Notes under the pieces: generated by a model
Databases searched by the model: none
What the model was told of the DNA's origin: nothing
The model's input: only the letters and a program-made list of their open reading frames with translations
Part shown: in pieces, positions 40,955 to 52,447 of the stretch
Layout: every line of letters begins with the position of its first letter
Position numbering within the stretch: position 1 is the stretch's first letter
Position numbers and translations under genes: made by a program
Source of the DNA: an uncultured Chloroflexia bacterium
Lineage (GTDB): Bacteria; Chloroflexota; Anaerolineae; Anaerolineales; Anaerolineaceae
Length of the DNA: 64,000 bases
Reading direction: 5' to 3'
Assembly (NCBI GenBank): GCA_963747325.1
Contig: CAVVEM010000004.1
Span: forward strand, 1 to 64,000

Positions 40955-42977
40955 TTTCAGCATAGCCGGAAATTGGTTTTTGACAGGTATGATTTTCACA
41001 ATAATATAATGTGGGCTGTCCATTCAAGGGAAGTTTATTTTTGAGTATGTCAGCTGATTGCGGATCAGCACTATGCTGAATTTGATGGGGAATGAATACC
41101 CAGTCAGGATGGTAATTTTGATAATATCCGTAGAGTATGCTTTCCGCTTGCTGCCTGTATTCCGGGGGATAGACCAAGACACAGGTTTTCATAGGGGCAC
41201 TGGCTGCCAACGCATTTTGCAGCCAACAGGCATAGGCTGCCGGATGTTGACGAATTGAACCCGACATATGATTAAGCCAGATTTCGGCTTGCTGCAATGT
41301 TTCGGGTTGTTCCTGGATGGCAGAAAGCAGGAGAAGGGCATGTGCAGCTAATGCCATGCCGCTGGGTGTGACCATATCCTGCAAGTCCAAAACCGGACTG
41401 ATAAGATTTTCCTCTCCCTTTCGATTGGTATAAAGAAAAATTCCATCAGTATCAAATTCCGAGCACATTTTCCTAATCAAATCTTCGGCCAATATCAGCC
41501 ATTTGGATTGTGGATCGGCCTGGTAAAGGCTGAGCAGGGCAATTGAAAACCCGGCATAATCCTCCAGAAATCCGATTTGATTTCCTTGTCCACTCCGCCA
41601 GGAATGATGTAAGAGACCGTCACGATAAAGCTGCTTGTACAAAAAATCCGCATTCTGCCGGGCGGCTTGCAGGTAATCCTCGCGTTGGAAGACCAGCGAT
41701 GCTTCTACCAATGTCCGTATAACCAGTGAATTCCAGGAAAGAATGATTTTGTCGTCGGTCGCAGGGGGTGTGCGTTTTTTGCGTATAGCAGATAATGTTT
41801 TGAGAACCGGTTCGAACTTTTCGGATGTATAGGGTATCCATTGGTGATAGGAAATGGATTGAGGCATTATTTGGGGAATTATTTTTAACAGATGCTGATG
41901 ATCAAGATGTCCATTTTTTGGCAAATCGATCAGGGACATATAGTTTTCAAGCTCAAAATCACCTGAACCGACCAATTCATTTACTGACCAAAGATAATAA
42001 GTGCCTTCCCTGCCATCAGAATCCGCGTCCTGACTGCTATAAAAGCCCCCCTCAGGGCTTAACAGATGATTTAGGATATAGTCTATGGTTTTCTCCGCAA
42101 CATAGCGAAAATGGGGGTTGTGGGTAAGCTGAAATGCGTGTGTGTAGTTTCCAGCAAGCTGGGCATTGTCATATAACATTTTTTCAAAATGCGGAACAGT
42201 CCAGGTGTTATCCGTACTGTAGCGATGGAATCCACCATCGATCAGATCGAAGATTCCCCCAAGACTCAAATAGTGGAGATTATGGATGGCTGCATCGGAT
42301 AGGAGTGGATTGCCCTGCTGGCCTGCCTGCAGAAGGAATTCAATGGCCATGGGAGCGGGGAATTTTGGTGCACTCCCCCATCCGCCATTTTTCCAATCAT
42401 AGGAAACCAGAAACTGTTCGGCGAGATCCAGAATTGAGGGAACTGAAAGAATATCCTTTGAAGAAGTGGCTGATTGAGAAAAATGTCCTTGGATTTGAGC
42501 GGTCAGCTGTTCCGCACTTTCCAGCACTCTATCTTGCTGGGTTTTCCATACCTGGTTGATGTTCTCCAGTAATTCAGCGAAAGACGGCAGTCCGTATCTT
42601 GCTATGGGCGGGAAATACGTGCCGCCGTAAAAGGGTTTCAATTGCGGGGAAAGAAAAACGCTCAATGGCCAGCCACCCTGCCCGGTGAGCGCGATCACAG
42701 CGGTCATGTAAATCTGATCCAGGTCCGGTCTTTCTTCGCGATCAATTTTGATGCTGACAAAATCATGGTTTAACTGCTCGGCAATTAATGGATTCTCAAA
42801 CGATTCATGCGCCATGACGTGGCACCAATGACAAGCAGCATATCCAATACTGAGAAAAATTGGTTTGTTTTCCAATCTGGCGCGATGGATCGCTTCCTCT
42901 CCCCAGGGATACCAATCAACCGGATTATGCACATGCTGTAAAAGATAAGGGGAAGTTTGATGTTGTAAATGGTTCAT
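40911..42977 (-). CDS. thioredoxin-domain protein YyaL/DUF255 family (thioredoxin + six-hairpin glycosidase-like domain)
   Basis: 688 aa; the N-terminal [21 protein letters not shown]...[12 protein letters not shown] is typical of YyaL/SSP411. Confidence 0.8.
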   Translation of the reverse strand: MNHLQHQTSPYLLQHVHNPVDWYPWGEEAIHRARLENKPIFLSIGYAACHWCHVMAHESFENPLIAEQLNHDFVSIKIDREERPDLDQIYMTAVIALTGQGGWPLSVFLSPQLKPFYGGTYFPPIARYGLPSFAELLENINQVWKTQQDRVLESAEQLTAQIQGHFSQSATSSKDILSVPSILDLAEQFLVSYDWKNGGWGSAPKFPAPMAIEFLLQAGQQGNPLLSDAAIHNLHYLSLGGIFDLIDGGFHRYSTDNTWTVPHFEKMLYDNAQLAGNYTHAFQLTHNPHFRYVAEKTIDYILNHLLSPEGGFYSSQDADSDGREGTYYLWSVNELVGSGDFELENYMSLIDLPKNGHLDHQHLLKIIPQIMPQSISYHQWIPYTSEKFEPVLKTLSAIRKKRTPPATDDKIILSWNSLVIRTLVEASLVFQREDYLQAARQNADFLYKQLYRDGLLHHSWRSGQGNQIGFLEDYAGFSIALLSLYQADPQSKWLILAEDLIRKMCSEFDTDGIFLYTNRKGEENLISPVLDLQDMVTPSGMALAAHALLLLSAIQEQPETLQQAEIWLNHMSGSIRQHPAAYACWLQNALAASAPMKTCVLVYPPEYRQQAESILYGYYQNYHPDWVFIPHQIQHSADPQSADILKNKLPLNGQPTLYYCENHTCQKPISGYAEIMEFLSDSDSHPIA

Positions 42978-43256
42978 GAATTGCCTCAGTCTAACAAAAT
43001 AGATAATATTAATAATAATAGCATAAATAATAATAAATATAAATTGTGATCTTTTTTGGAAAGGGATAAAAAATTGAACCCCCGAAATTTTACGGCAGGG
43101 AAGGGTGGAGGAGTTGAAACAAACGCAAAGGAAAAATTGAAATATAAACCCAAATCCAAATAAAATATTATGGGTTTAATACTATAATCAAAAGTATCAA
43201 TTTATTTCACCTGGTCTCGGATGAGGGCAGAGGAACTTTTCATTGTAGAGGCAATT

Positions 43257-44387
43257 ATGATTTCAATTGAACAACTTGATACAACTTCCCGAAAACAACG
43301 AAACGAATTTGTGAATTTTCATTATGAGCTTTATCGAAAGTGTCCTCAATGGGTGCCGCCATTTCGGGCGGATATCCATGTCATGATGAATCGTAAAAAA
43401 CACCCGTTTTATGAACATTCCGACGCTGATTTCTTCCTTGCGAAAAGAGATGGAAAGGTAGTCGGAAGGATTGCCGCTCTTGAGAATAAACCTTTCAACA
43501 AGTATCACAACAAAAATGAAGCGCAATTCTATTTGTTTGACAGTATTGAAGACCAGGAAGTCTTTGATGCCTTGTTTGAAGCCGCTTTTGAATGGGCAAA
43601 AAAGCGTGGTCTGACCTCACTGGTCGGCCCCAAAGGATTCAGTTCGTTCAATGGATACGGCATCCAGGTGGAAGGTTTCGAACATCGTCAAATGATGACC
43701 ATGATGAATTACAACTATCCCTATTATCCCAGAATCATGGAAGGTATGGGATTTACCATGGCTGTGGATTTTGTCTCCACCTATATTCCCCGTGCTTCCG
43801 CCGTGCTGCCTGAGAAGGTAACCCGGGTGGCTGAACGAATCATTGAGAAACAAAAATTCAAAGTCAAAGAATTTAAATCCAAAAAAGAACTCATCTCCTG
43901 GGCAGATCCAATTGGTGAGGCTTATAACAATACATTCGTCAATAACTGGGAATATTATCCGCTGACAAAGAATGAAATCACCTTTGCCATGAAAGATATT
44001 ATGATGGTGGCAGTCCCGGATTTGATGAAGATTATCACCTATGACGATGTCGTCATTGGATTTTTGTTGGCATTTCCGGATGTTTCCAAAGCCCTGCAGC
44101 GGCATAATGGTCATTTGACCCCCTGGGGTATTATCGATATGCTGCTTGAGATGAAACGGACGAAATGGGTTTCCTTGAACGGTGTTGGCATCTTGCCCGA
44201 GTATCATGGCCGGGGAGGAAATGCGTTATTGTATTATGAAATGGCAAAGATTATCAGGGAATCCGGCTTTGAGCATATTGAAGAAACTCAAATGGCGGAT
44301 ACGGCGGTCATGGTCCGCAAGGATATGATTACCCTGGGGGCGGAAATCTATAAAAAACATCGTGTTTACAAAATTGATATTTCATAA
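43257..44387 (+). CDS. GNAT-like acyltransferase family protein (~375 aa), function unknown
   Basis: C-terminal LNGVGILPEYHGRGGNALLYYEMAK resembles GNAT motif A; RBS AGAGG upstream of ATG 43257 (alternative start 43221). Confidence 0.5.
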   Translation: MISIEQLDTTSRKQRNEFVNFHYELYRKCPQWVPPFRADIHVMMNRKKHPFYEHSDADFFLAKRDGKVVGRIAALENKPFNKYHNKNEAQFYLFDSIEDQEVFDALFEAAFEWAKKRGLTSLVGPKGFSSFNGYGIQVEGFEHRQMMTMMNYNYPYYPRIMEGMGFTMAVDFVSTYIPRASAVLPEKVTRVAERIIEKQKFKVKEFKSKKELISWADPIGEAYNNTFVNNWEYYPLTKNEITFAMKDIMMVAVPDLMKIITYDDVVIGFLLAFPDVSKALQRHNGHLTPWGIIDMLLEMKRTKWVSLNGVGILPEYHGRGGNALLYYEMAKIIRESGFEHIEETQMADTAVMVRKDMITLGAEIYKKHRVYKIDIS

Positions 44388-44392
44388 AAAAT

Positions 44393-44420
44393 AAAACCGG
44401 CTCAGGCCGGTTTTATTTTT
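44393..44420. terminator. bidirectional rho-independent terminator
   Basis: Stem aaaaccggc/gccggtttt with loop tcag, then ATTTTTT; the convergent minus-strand gene ends at 44402. Confidence 0.6.
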
Positions 44421-45724
44421 TGAATTATATCGATTGTTTGACTGATAATCCAGGCACCTAACATACTGCTGAAGGGGATCAGAATTATAACGTAGCGTTG
44501 GTACAGCCCTCCTAGCAGACTAAGACCGACCATGGCACCCCCAAACCCGAAATAAAATAGACTCCATTGGGGAAAATCAGGCGGCAGATTGGATCTGGAT
44601 TTCCACCAGGTTAAACTCTGTAACAAAAACGCCGAGAGGATGCCGACCACCTGCAGTGAAGCCAGGAAAACAGACCGCTTTTGATGCTGCAGGAGAATCC
44701 GGGTGTAGGCGTCAAAAGCGCTTTGCTGTTCCGCATGATAATTTGCAACATCCTCTACTGCTGCAGGCTCAAAAAAGGTATGATAGTTGACCATAAGCAG
44801 GCGAATTAATTTTGATTGAGGAATTCTCTCCGGATAATTCTTCAGCAGGTATGCATTCGTAGCTTGAGTGAGCTCTGTGCGTTCCTGTATGGCAGCCTGG
44901 ATGGTATGGAGTGGATCGAGCCATGAAACAGGATTAATAAGGTAAGTGATGAATAGAGGAATCAAAATGAAGAGGCTGGCTGTCTTTATCCATTCAGTTT
45001 TGTTTTGTCGCAGATTGAGGATGATGTAATAAAGAATGTACATAGGGATAAAAAATAAGGCTGTCTGTTTGCTATTCAGGCAGAGTGTGAAAAGAAGCGG
45101 TACACCGATAGCATGTTTTTTCTGATCTAAAATAAGCATCAACAATAAACAAACCAAAAAAATGAAGATTCCTTCAGCCATGGCTCGTCGGGTATGTAAA
45201 AGAATTAATGGATTCAAACCAAAAAAGAGCACAGCGAGTATTGCAGCCCGATGATTGATCAGTTTTCTGGCCGCCTGGTATAAAAAAAAGAAGCCAAATG
45301 GGATGAAGAGAAGGACGGCTGTCCGTGCGATTTGCAGCGCTTCATTTGTGGGCATGCTGCCAGCCTGAAGGTTGGCCTGCCAACTTTGGCTCCAATCCCA
45401 ATCGGAGGAATTGGCCGGTAGACCGGCTATGATTCTGGCAAATCCAATAATCAATGTGTTAATAGGCGGGTCTATTAATCGATAATGTAGTTTAAGATCA
45501 ATCAGATCCCCTTGATGAAACGTCAGCGAAAGTGGATTATTCAGCAATTGCTCAACATCATTACTTTTATACAGATAAGTCGCTTCATCTGGATGAAATG
45601 GAACAGTATTGAGCGTGATACAATACAAACTGAACAAGAGGACAATCAGCGTACTTATTTGGAAAAAGGGAAGGGTAAAAAGTTTCTGAATGCTCAAGCG
45701 ATGGAGTTTTATTTTTATTGACAT
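44402..45724 (-). CDS. GT-C-fold membrane glycosyltransferase-like protein (ArnT/PMT-like), paralog 1
   Basis: At least 9 predicted TM helices; HPDEATYLY loop motif after TM1, like the DE motif of the polyprenyl-P-sugar GT39/GT83 families. Confidence 0.6.
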   Translation of the reverse strand: MSIKIKLHRLSIQKLFTLPFFQISTLIVLLFSLYCITLNTVPFHPDEATYLYKSNDVEQLLNNPLSLTFHQGDLIDLKLHYRLIDPPINTLIIGFARIIAGLPANSSDWDWSQSWQANLQAGSMPTNEALQIARTAVLLFIPFGFFFLYQAARKLINHRAAILAVLFFGLNPLILLHTRRAMAEGIFIFLVCLLLMLILDQKKHAIGVPLLFTLCLNSKQTALFFIPMYILYYIILNLRQNKTEWIKTASLFILIPLFITYLINPVSWLDPLHTIQAAIQERTELTQATNAYLLKNYPERIPQSKLIRLLMVNYHTFFEPAAVEDVANYHAEQQSAFDAYTRILLQHQKRSVFLASLQVVGILSAFLLQSLTWWKSRSNLPPDFPQWSLFYFGFGGAMVGLSLLGGLYQRYVIILIPFSSMLGAWIISQTIDIIQKIKPA

Positions 45725-47321
45725 GCTTCAGTCCCGTCCAACGGTATTTTGGTTGGTTGTTTTGCTTCTGATTGCCTTTGGCTGGAAAGGTGTTTTGATC
45801 GGTTGGAATGCCTTTCCTTTCAATAGTGATGAAGCGATTGTAGCTTTAATGGCCAAACATATTCTCTCCGGTGAGCGACCTATCTTTTTTTATGGCCAAG
45901 CCTATATGGGCAGTTTGGATGCCTATTTGGTCGCTTGCGGATTCTTGATTTTTGGCCAAAAAGTGATCGTTATTCGCATTGTTCAAAGCTTGCTTTACGG
46001 TTTTACAATCTTGTGTACTTATTTTATCGGAAAATTGGCGTTTCAGTCCTCGAAAATCGGATTAATTGCTGCAGTATTGCTGGTTTTTCCCACAATCAAC
46101 GGCACTTTGTACACCACTGTCAGCCTTGGGGGCTATGGCGAAGCATTGCTTATAGGGTGTGTGATTATTTATCTGGTTTTCAAAATCCCATTTGAGTTGC
46201 AGAAATCCCATAGTGCTTCATTAAAAGTACTTCTTTTGGCTTTCCTGACTGGTTTGGGAATTTGGGTTCACGGGGTTACATTGGTTTTCAGTTTGCCGGC
46301 AGGTTGTTACTTCCTGTATCAGAGCTATCAAAAAAAAGTACCCGCTCACCGGATTCTTCAATGGTTTGGGATTGGACTGCTTGGCGCTGCAATAGGACTT
46401 CTCCCCATTCTGTATTATATATTTCAGCATGGCGTTCAGACGGTATGGATGGAATTATTTGGCTCAGCAGTTGCCGTTGAGACCGGCCCCTGGTTACTGA
46501 CCCTTGCAAATCATTTATTATCCCTACTCCTCTTTGGAATCCCTGTCCTCTTTGGTATGCGTCCGCCATGGACGACAACCGTGCAACAGACGGCATTATT
46601 GCCCTTACTGACTGTTTTTTTGTTGGTTGTGGGCTTTATTCTCTATCGCGATATTCGTTCTCGGAAGATGCCTGCTGCAGGGTATTTATGTCTTGCGGTT
46701 ATATTGCTGTTATTTAGCGCGTTTGTCTTTACTTCATTTGGCGTTGATCCTTCGGGCCGATATTTCCTCCCATTAATGATTCCAGGTTCATTGCTCGCTG
46801 GATATGCAATTTCAAATCTGATGCTGCAAAAGAAAGCCTGGGGATTTCTCATAGCCGGTTGGTGTATTTATCAGATTGGTGTGACAGGTAGTTTGGCAGT
46901 CCAGCCACCTTATTTAACCACCCAGTTTTATACTCCTGCGATGATCGATCACAAGTATGATGATGAGTTGATCGAATTCCTGAACGATAATCAACTGACT
47001 AGAGGATATACCAATTACTGGGTAGCCTATCCGTTGGCCTTTTTATCCGGGGAGGAACTGATCTATGTACCCAAACTTCCCTACCATCCTGATTTACGTT
47101 TTACAGAGAGGGATAATCGCTATCTTCCGTACCAGGACCTCGTAACCCGTAGTCAGGAGATCAGTTATATAGTGAGCAGAAATCCTGTACTGGATGCATA
47201 CCTGGTTGAACAATTTGCATCAGCTGGGATTGACTATGTCTATAAGGAAATTGGGGATTATCATATCTATTACAACCTTTCCTCCGATCTACGGCCGGAT
47301 GAGCTGGGTTTTTCTTCCTAG
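45723..47321 (+). CDS. GT-C-fold membrane glycosyltransferase-like protein, paralog 2
   Basis: FNSDEAIVALMAKHIL motif after TM1; polytopic. Its ATG (45723) lies 2 nt inside the divergent ATG of paralog 1 (45724). Confidence 0.6.
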   Translation: MLQSRPTVFWLVVLLLIAFGWKGVLIGWNAFPFNSDEAIVALMAKHILSGERPIFFYGQAYMGSLDAYLVACGFLIFGQKVIVIRIVQSLLYGFTILCTYFIGKLAFQSSKIGLIAAVLLVFPTINGTLYTTVSLGGYGEALLIGCVIIYLVFKIPFELQKSHSASLKVLLLAFLTGLGIWVHGVTLVFSLPAGCYFLYQSYQKKVPAHRILQWFGIGLLGAAIGLLPILYYIFQHGVQTVWMELFGSAVAVETGPWLLTLANHLLSLLLFGIPVLFGMRPPWTTTVQQTALLPLLTVFLLVVGFILYRDIRSRKMPAAGYLCLAVILLLFSAFVFTSFGVDPSGRYFLPLMIPGSLLAGYAISNLMLQKKAWGFLIAGWCIYQIGVTGSLAVQPPYLTTQFYTPAMIDHKYDDELIEFLNDNQLTRGYTNYWVAYPLAFLSGEELIYVPKLPYHPDLRFTERDNRYLPYQDLVTRSQEISYIVSRNPVLDAYLVEQFASAGIDYVYKEIGDYHIYYNLSSDLRPDELGFSS

Positions 47322-47340
47322 GTTTAAAAACGGAGTTCCT

Positions 47341-48825
47341 ATGCAGAGCAGATTAAGCTGGTTATTCTTTTTTATCACCATCCTGAGTGTTGCCAGTATG
47401 GCTGCCCGAGTTCCTCTGGATACTGATATGTGGTGGCATATTCGAGCCGGCGAAGTGAGTATTTCCACGCATCAGCCTTTGGTAGTTGATGTATTTTCTT
47501 ATACCAGGGCGGGTGAATCCTGGGTGAATCACAGCTGGCTGGCGCAAGTCGTCTTGGCATTCCTTTATCAAAAATTGTCTTATTCTGGGTTGACGCTTTA
47601 TGTGGTTTTGCTCTCTGTCTTGACCTTTGGTCTGTTGTTCTTTCTATTGGACGGACATCCTTTTATAAAGGCTTTGCTGATCATCTTTGGCAGTGCTGTG
47701 GTTTCCACGATCTGGAGTCCAAGGCCGCAATTATTTACCCTGCTTTTTCTCAGCGTCCTCGTTTTTGCGGTATGCCGATATCGCCAGGGCAAAATCCGCT
47801 GCCTTTGGCTGATACCCTTGCTTTTTACCCTTTGGGGAAACCTTCACGGCGGTTATTTTACCGGGATTTTGTTTTTAGGTTTTACATTAATTGGCTTGAT
47901 CTATGATCGCTGGTTTACTTCAAAACAGCTAAATGACTTCAAAGGACAATTTCCCCATCTGTTGTACATTACACTGCTCAGTATTCCGGCATTATTGATC
48001 AACCCCAACGGGGTGGGTATTTTAAAAATACCATTTGCTACCGTGGGCGTGAATATCTTGCGGGATCTGATAGATGAATGGGCCTCACCGGATTTTCACC
48101 AACCATTACAATTGATCTTCCTGGCGATATTCTTGGGAACGATGTTTTTATTAGCCATGAATAAAAATCATAAATCCTCAGCTCTCCTGATTCCTTTATT
48201 CGGATTCTCCCTGTTAGCTTTTTATGCCAAAAGGAATATTGCTCCCTTGATGATTGTTCTGCTGCCTGTTCTGGCTGGCGAGATTAACACCTGGTTGAAT
48301 ACCTTGAACTTTTCGCCTTACTTTTCTGATTTACTTATCCAGCCGGAATATAGCTGGAAATTGCGAGATGAAAATGCACTGCCTATGCGCGTATTAAATT
48401 TAATTCTTGTGTTTATCATCGGACTCATCGCTGTGGGAAAATTCGTTTATGTCTCCCATCCGGCAGTTGTGCAGGCTTACTTAAAACAGGAAATACCGGT
48501 GGCAGCATACCAGGCAATGGACAATATTTCCTTTACGGGGAATGTGCTTAATGAATACGGATGGGGGGGATATCAAATCGAGTTCTATCCGCAAATCCCC
48601 GTTTTTGTGGACGGGCGTACGGATTTATTCGGGGATGACGGCATCGGCCAATGGATGCAGTTAATGCGTGCCGATGAAGATTATTTAAAACTTTTGGATG
48701 ATTATGATATCAAAGTGGTTTTGTTAAAGCCGGAACGGTCCATAATTCAGGCGCTTAAAATGATGGGCTGGAATGAAAAATATGCCGATCATGGCTCAGT
48801 GTTGTTAACGCGTCCTGTACCATAA
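47341..48825 (+). CDS. GT-C-fold membrane protein, paralog 3
   Basis: RBS ACGGAG upstream; PLDTDMWWHIRAGE loop motif; at least 10 TM helices. Confidence 0.55.
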   Translation: MQSRLSWLFFFITILSVASMAARVPLDTDMWWHIRAGEVSISTHQPLVVDVFSYTRAGESWVNHSWLAQVVLAFLYQKLSYSGLTLYVVLLSVLTFGLLFFLLDGHPFIKALLIIFGSAVVSTIWSPRPQLFTLLFLSVLVFAVCRYRQGKIRCLWLIPLLFTLWGNLHGGYFTGILFLGFTLIGLIYDRWFTSKQLNDFKGQFPHLLYITLLSIPALLINPNGVGILKIPFATVGVNILRDLIDEWASPDFHQPLQLIFLAIFLGTMFLLAMNKNHKSSALLIPLFGFSLLAFYAKRNIAPLMIVLLPVLAGEINTWLNTLNFSPYFSDLLIQPEYSWKLRDENALPMRVLNLILVFIIGLIAVGKFVYVSHPAVVQAYLKQEIPVAAYQAMDNISFTGNVLNEYGWGGYQIEFYPQIPVFVDGRTDLFGDDGIGQWMQLMRADEDYLKLLDDYDIKVVLLKPERSIIQALKMMGWNEKYADHGSVLLTRPVP

Positions 48826-49622
48826 TAGATTTGAACGGGAATTTTTTGTTCCTGATCCGCTATTTGTTCTGTGAGAACCGGATAATTTTTGCGGATGCTG
48901 GCTGCTTCGTCCGGATCAATTATCGTGGTGTGAACTACCTCAGCTGTTTGATTTGCCTGGAATAGAACCTCACCCCATGGGTTTATGATGCTGCTGCTGC
49001 CCCCGAAAACTTCTCTGTGCGTATTACCGACGGCATTGCAGGCAACGAGAAACGACTGATTTTCAATGGCTCTTGCCGAAAGTAAGGAAGTCCAATGATC
49101 AATTCTGCTGATAGGCCAGGCAGCAGGCAACAGAAAAACATTGCAGCCTGCGTGGGCAAGGGATTGGAACAAGGCTGGGAAGCGCAGATCATAACAAATG
49201 GAAAGCCCAAGGGTGGCAAAATTTGTTTTAATCCCGGTATAGGATTTGCCCGATTGAAACCAGTGATGTTCATTCATCAAGTGGATCAGGTGGATTTTAC
49301 GATAAACAATTTTTTCCCCGCAGGGGCCAAGCAAAACAAACGTATTATAATAGGCTGAGTTTTCTTGTGTAATATAACTGCCAGCGATCCAGATCTTTTT
49401 TTGAGCCGCTTGCAGGGCTAATTCATCGAGGATTTCTCCATCAGCATAAACATGAGTACTACAATTTTTCAAATCAAAACCGGATGTCCATAATTCCGGC
49501 AAGAGCAGAAGATGATCGTGAACTGGGTTGAGCGCTACAATTAACTGTAGTACCTTCTCCATGTTTCGATCAGGCTGCCCGAAAGCAGAGTGAATTTGTG
49601 CTATGGTTATTTCTGTTTTCAT
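48789..49622 (-). CDS. carbon-nitrogen hydrolase (nitrilase superfamily) protein
   Basis: E-K-C triad context: LLLLPELWTSGF, YRKIHL, LGLSICYDLRFP. Confidence 0.8.
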   Translation of the reverse strand: MKTEITIAQIHSAFGQPDRNMEKVLQLIVALNPVHDHLLLLPELWTSGFDLKNCSTHVYADGEILDELALQAAQKKIWIAGSYITQENSAYYNTFVLLGPCGEKIVYRKIHLIHLMNEHHWFQSGKSYTGIKTNFATLGLSICYDLRFPALFQSLAHAGCNVFLLPAAWPISRIDHWTSLLSARAIENQSFLVACNAVGNTHREVFGGSSSIINPWGEVLFQANQTAEVVHTTIIDPDEAASIRKNYPVLTEQIADQEQKIPVQIYYGTGRVNNTEP

Positions 49623-49672
49623 TTGTCCTTCGATTATAATTTAACCGATGTATCTTTGAATAGGAGTCTCTA

Positions 49673-50950
49673 TTGAAGCATAAAAATTACCAAAAAAATC
49701 TGATGATTGTTCTCGGGCTGGCTGGCTTGATCATTCTTATTGTAGTCTATTTCGCAAACCTGAAGTTAGCAGGTTTACAGGGGATAGGCCAGGATTTTTT
49801 CAGTCAGTGGACAAATACCAGAACATTTTTAACCACCGGATTTTCGCCGTATACACAAGAAGCGCTTTTTCAAGTGGAACAGGAAGCGGTTTTAAGTGAT
49901 TTATCCTTCACTGGTAAGTTTAGAATAAACGCAGAACCTCTCTACGGATTATTGATTACCCTTCCTTTTGTTATGATTCCTTCTTTTCAATATGCCTTCG
50001 CGGCCTGGTTGGTGGTCAATGAGGCTTTGCTACTCTTTATTTTCTGGCTGCTATATCGTTTGAGTTCATGGAAAGGTGGGCGGGCTTTATTTGTTTTTAC
50101 CTGTTTAACTGTATTAGGCTGGAAATCATTACTTGTAATACTTTTCAGCGGCAGCAGTACAATTCTGATCCTCTTTACAATGATTGGCGTGTTGTATGCG
50201 CTTAAACATGGAATGAATGAGCTAGCTGGCGTGTTATTGGCGATAACCACAGTAAAGCTTGAGATTTTATGGCTGCCGATTCTCTTCTTATTGATCTTTT
50301 GTTCAGCCAAACAAAACCGGAAAACATTGCTCTGGTTTTTCGTTTCTCTCGTTTTGGTAAGTGTAAGCCTGCTACTGCTAGATCCAGGCTGGGTTCAGGA
50401 TTACCTTATTGCATTTCTTACTCAGTTATTGAATTATCCCCACAACCTTTTTAAAGCCACTTCCATAGCGCAATTATTTAATGAAAGCTATTTTAGTTAT
50501 TTTTCCCAGGCTCTTGAAACCATTTTCCTGACCTTCGGTGTTCGCTTGGGCAATGTATTCACCCTCATTATTATTGGTTTGATGATTTTTGAATGGTCTT
50601 CCATGCGAAAAAGAGATGATAAAGGTATTCTGTGGTTGTTTTGTTTAACGGTTTTATTCAGTGCATGGATTGGGGTAAATAACAAAACAGAATCATTTGC
50701 CTTTTTTGTACCGATCATCTTTCTATTTATCAGCCTGTTGAATGATCGTTGGAAGGGGAATGGAAAACTTCTTTATTGGATTATGCCTGTGGTTCTATTG
50801 GCACTAAATTGGCTCTCCTTTTCGACGGATGCGCCCGTATTAATTATGCAATTTGGACTATATCCAATTATTTTTTCAGTTTTACTCTATTGGATTCGGT
50901 GGTGGGCTTTGTCCAAAAATTTTCTCGTTTATCAGTGGGACGCAAGGTGA
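49673..50950 (+). CDS. GT-C-fold/DUF2029-like membrane protein, paralog 4
   Basis: TTG start with AGGAG RBS; polytopic with at least 10 TM helices. Confidence 0.5.
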   Translation: MKHKNYQKNLMIVLGLAGLIILIVVYFANLKLAGLQGIGQDFFSQWTNTRTFLTTGFSPYTQEALFQVEQEAVLSDLSFTGKFRINAEPLYGLLITLPFVMIPSFQYAFAAWLVVNEALLLFIFWLLYRLSSWKGGRALFVFTCLTVLGWKSLLVILFSGSSTILILFTMIGVLYALKHGMNELAGVLLAITTVKLEILWLPILFLLIFCSAKQNRKTLLWFFVSLVLVSVSLLLLDPGWVQDYLIAFLTQLLNYPHNLFKATSIAQLFNESYFSYFSQALETIFLTFGVRLGNVFTLIIIGLMIFEWSSMRKRDDKGILWLFCLTVLFSAWIGVNNKTESFAFFVPIIFLFISLLNDRWKGNGKLLYWIMPVVLLALNWLSFSTDAPVLIMQFGLYPIIFSVLLYWIRWWALSKNFLVYQWDAR

Positions 50951-50967
50951 ACTCTACACTGAATCTG

Positions 50968-52447
50968 ATGCTGCATAAATACTGGAAAGGTATGTGCTTG
51001 ATCAGCCTGGCAGTCTTTCTTCGTGTATTGATGATTAATCAAAGAGGAATTTGGTACGACGATGCCTTCAGCATCCTACTGGCAAAGCAACCTATCGCAC
51101 AAATCTTGACGGGTACGGCTGCTGATACCATGCCGCCGCTTTATTATTTCTTGCTGCATTTCTGGATGAAAATCTCAACGCAGCTTGCCTGGATTCGTAA
51201 CCTCAACCTTGTCATCTCTCTCCTGACATTTGCCTATGTTTATGCTTTGGTGAAGCGCCTGTCCGGCAAAACTGCCGGCTTGTTGGCGGTTTTCTTCTGC
51301 GCCATTTCACCATTCCTGATTTATCACAGTCAGGAAATTCGCATGTATATGCTGCTGGCTCTGTTTCAAGTCGCCTACTTAAATTACTTCATACGCTGGT
51401 TTCACAACGATTCCAAATTTGCCTGGGTGGGCTTGATCCTTTCAGGTGCGGGAGCCTTATATAGTCATAATCTGGCTGTCTTTGGCCTGCTGATCCCCGG
51501 TGTTGTACTTCTCTTGCAGCGCAATTGGCATGCCCTTTGGCGTTGGTTGAAACTTTTCATCCTTAGCCTTATTCTATTCTTTCCCTGGCTTGTTTACGTT
51601 CCGGGACAGATTGAGAAGATTCAAAACGCGTTTTGGACCCCTCGTCCCGGAGTGCTTGAAGTCGTTCAGTCCATCTATAGTTTGTTCTCGTTTCTGCCTC
51701 AGCCTTTTCCCTGGGTGATGATCACTGGTGTGCTTTGTTTTCAACTTCTGGGTCTTTTTAACCTGGGAATTTATCAAACAGCGAAATGAAATTTCCAATC
51801 GTGTTTTATTGACCTTGGGGATGGTTTTTATTCCGGTAGTTTTGTTTATCCTTTCGTATTTTATGCGGCCCGTTTATGTGGCGCGAGGATTTATTCTTTC
51901 GGGCATTATGCTGTATGCGTTGGCTGGAATTCTAACTGCAAGGGGATGGCCGAATGCCTTTGGAAAAATCATTATTGGATTAATGATTCTAATAAGTAGT
52001 GTTAGTTTGCCCTTCTATTTTTCCTTTAACTCCTTTCCTCGTTCGCCTTTTGCCGAAGCCTGTTCTTTTGTGGAGGCACAGGTGAGGGATAAGTCGGATC
52101 GGGTTGCTGTGCTGCATGATAATAAATTGAGTTCTTTTCCTTGTGTGATTTATGAACCAACCCTGGATCAGATGTTTTTAGGGGATCCACCGGGGTCACA
52201 TAATGACACTTTTGCGTTGGCTTCCCAGCAGGCCATGCAGCTTTTTCCGGAAAAATCCATCCAGGATGCAGTGAACTCAAAAGCTGAGGTTTATTTCTTT
52301 GTCTTTACCAGGGCGCTGGATGAGTATACTGAGATTCAAACAAATATTTATCCTCCCCTGGCGTATTTGGAAGCGAACTACCAAGCATTGGACATCTCCT
52401 ATTTTAACGATCTGGCGGTTTATCATTATGCAAGCAAAGAAGATTGA
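50968..52447 (+). CDS. glycosyltransferase family 39-like (PMT_2) membrane protein, paralog 5, one frameshift near 51750-51790
   Basis: GIWYDDAFSILLAK motif; ORFs 50749-51789 and 51728-52447 join as ...LGIYQ / EFIKQRNEISNRVLL. Confidence 0.65.

Noticed and set aside
41825-42559. Plus-strand ORFs of 100 and 141 aa
   Set aside because: They are antisense to the 688-aa YyaL thioredoxin-domain gene.
43617-44207. 196-aa minus-strand ORF
   Set aside because: It is antisense to the GNAT-like gene, with a low-complexity product rich in His and Gly.
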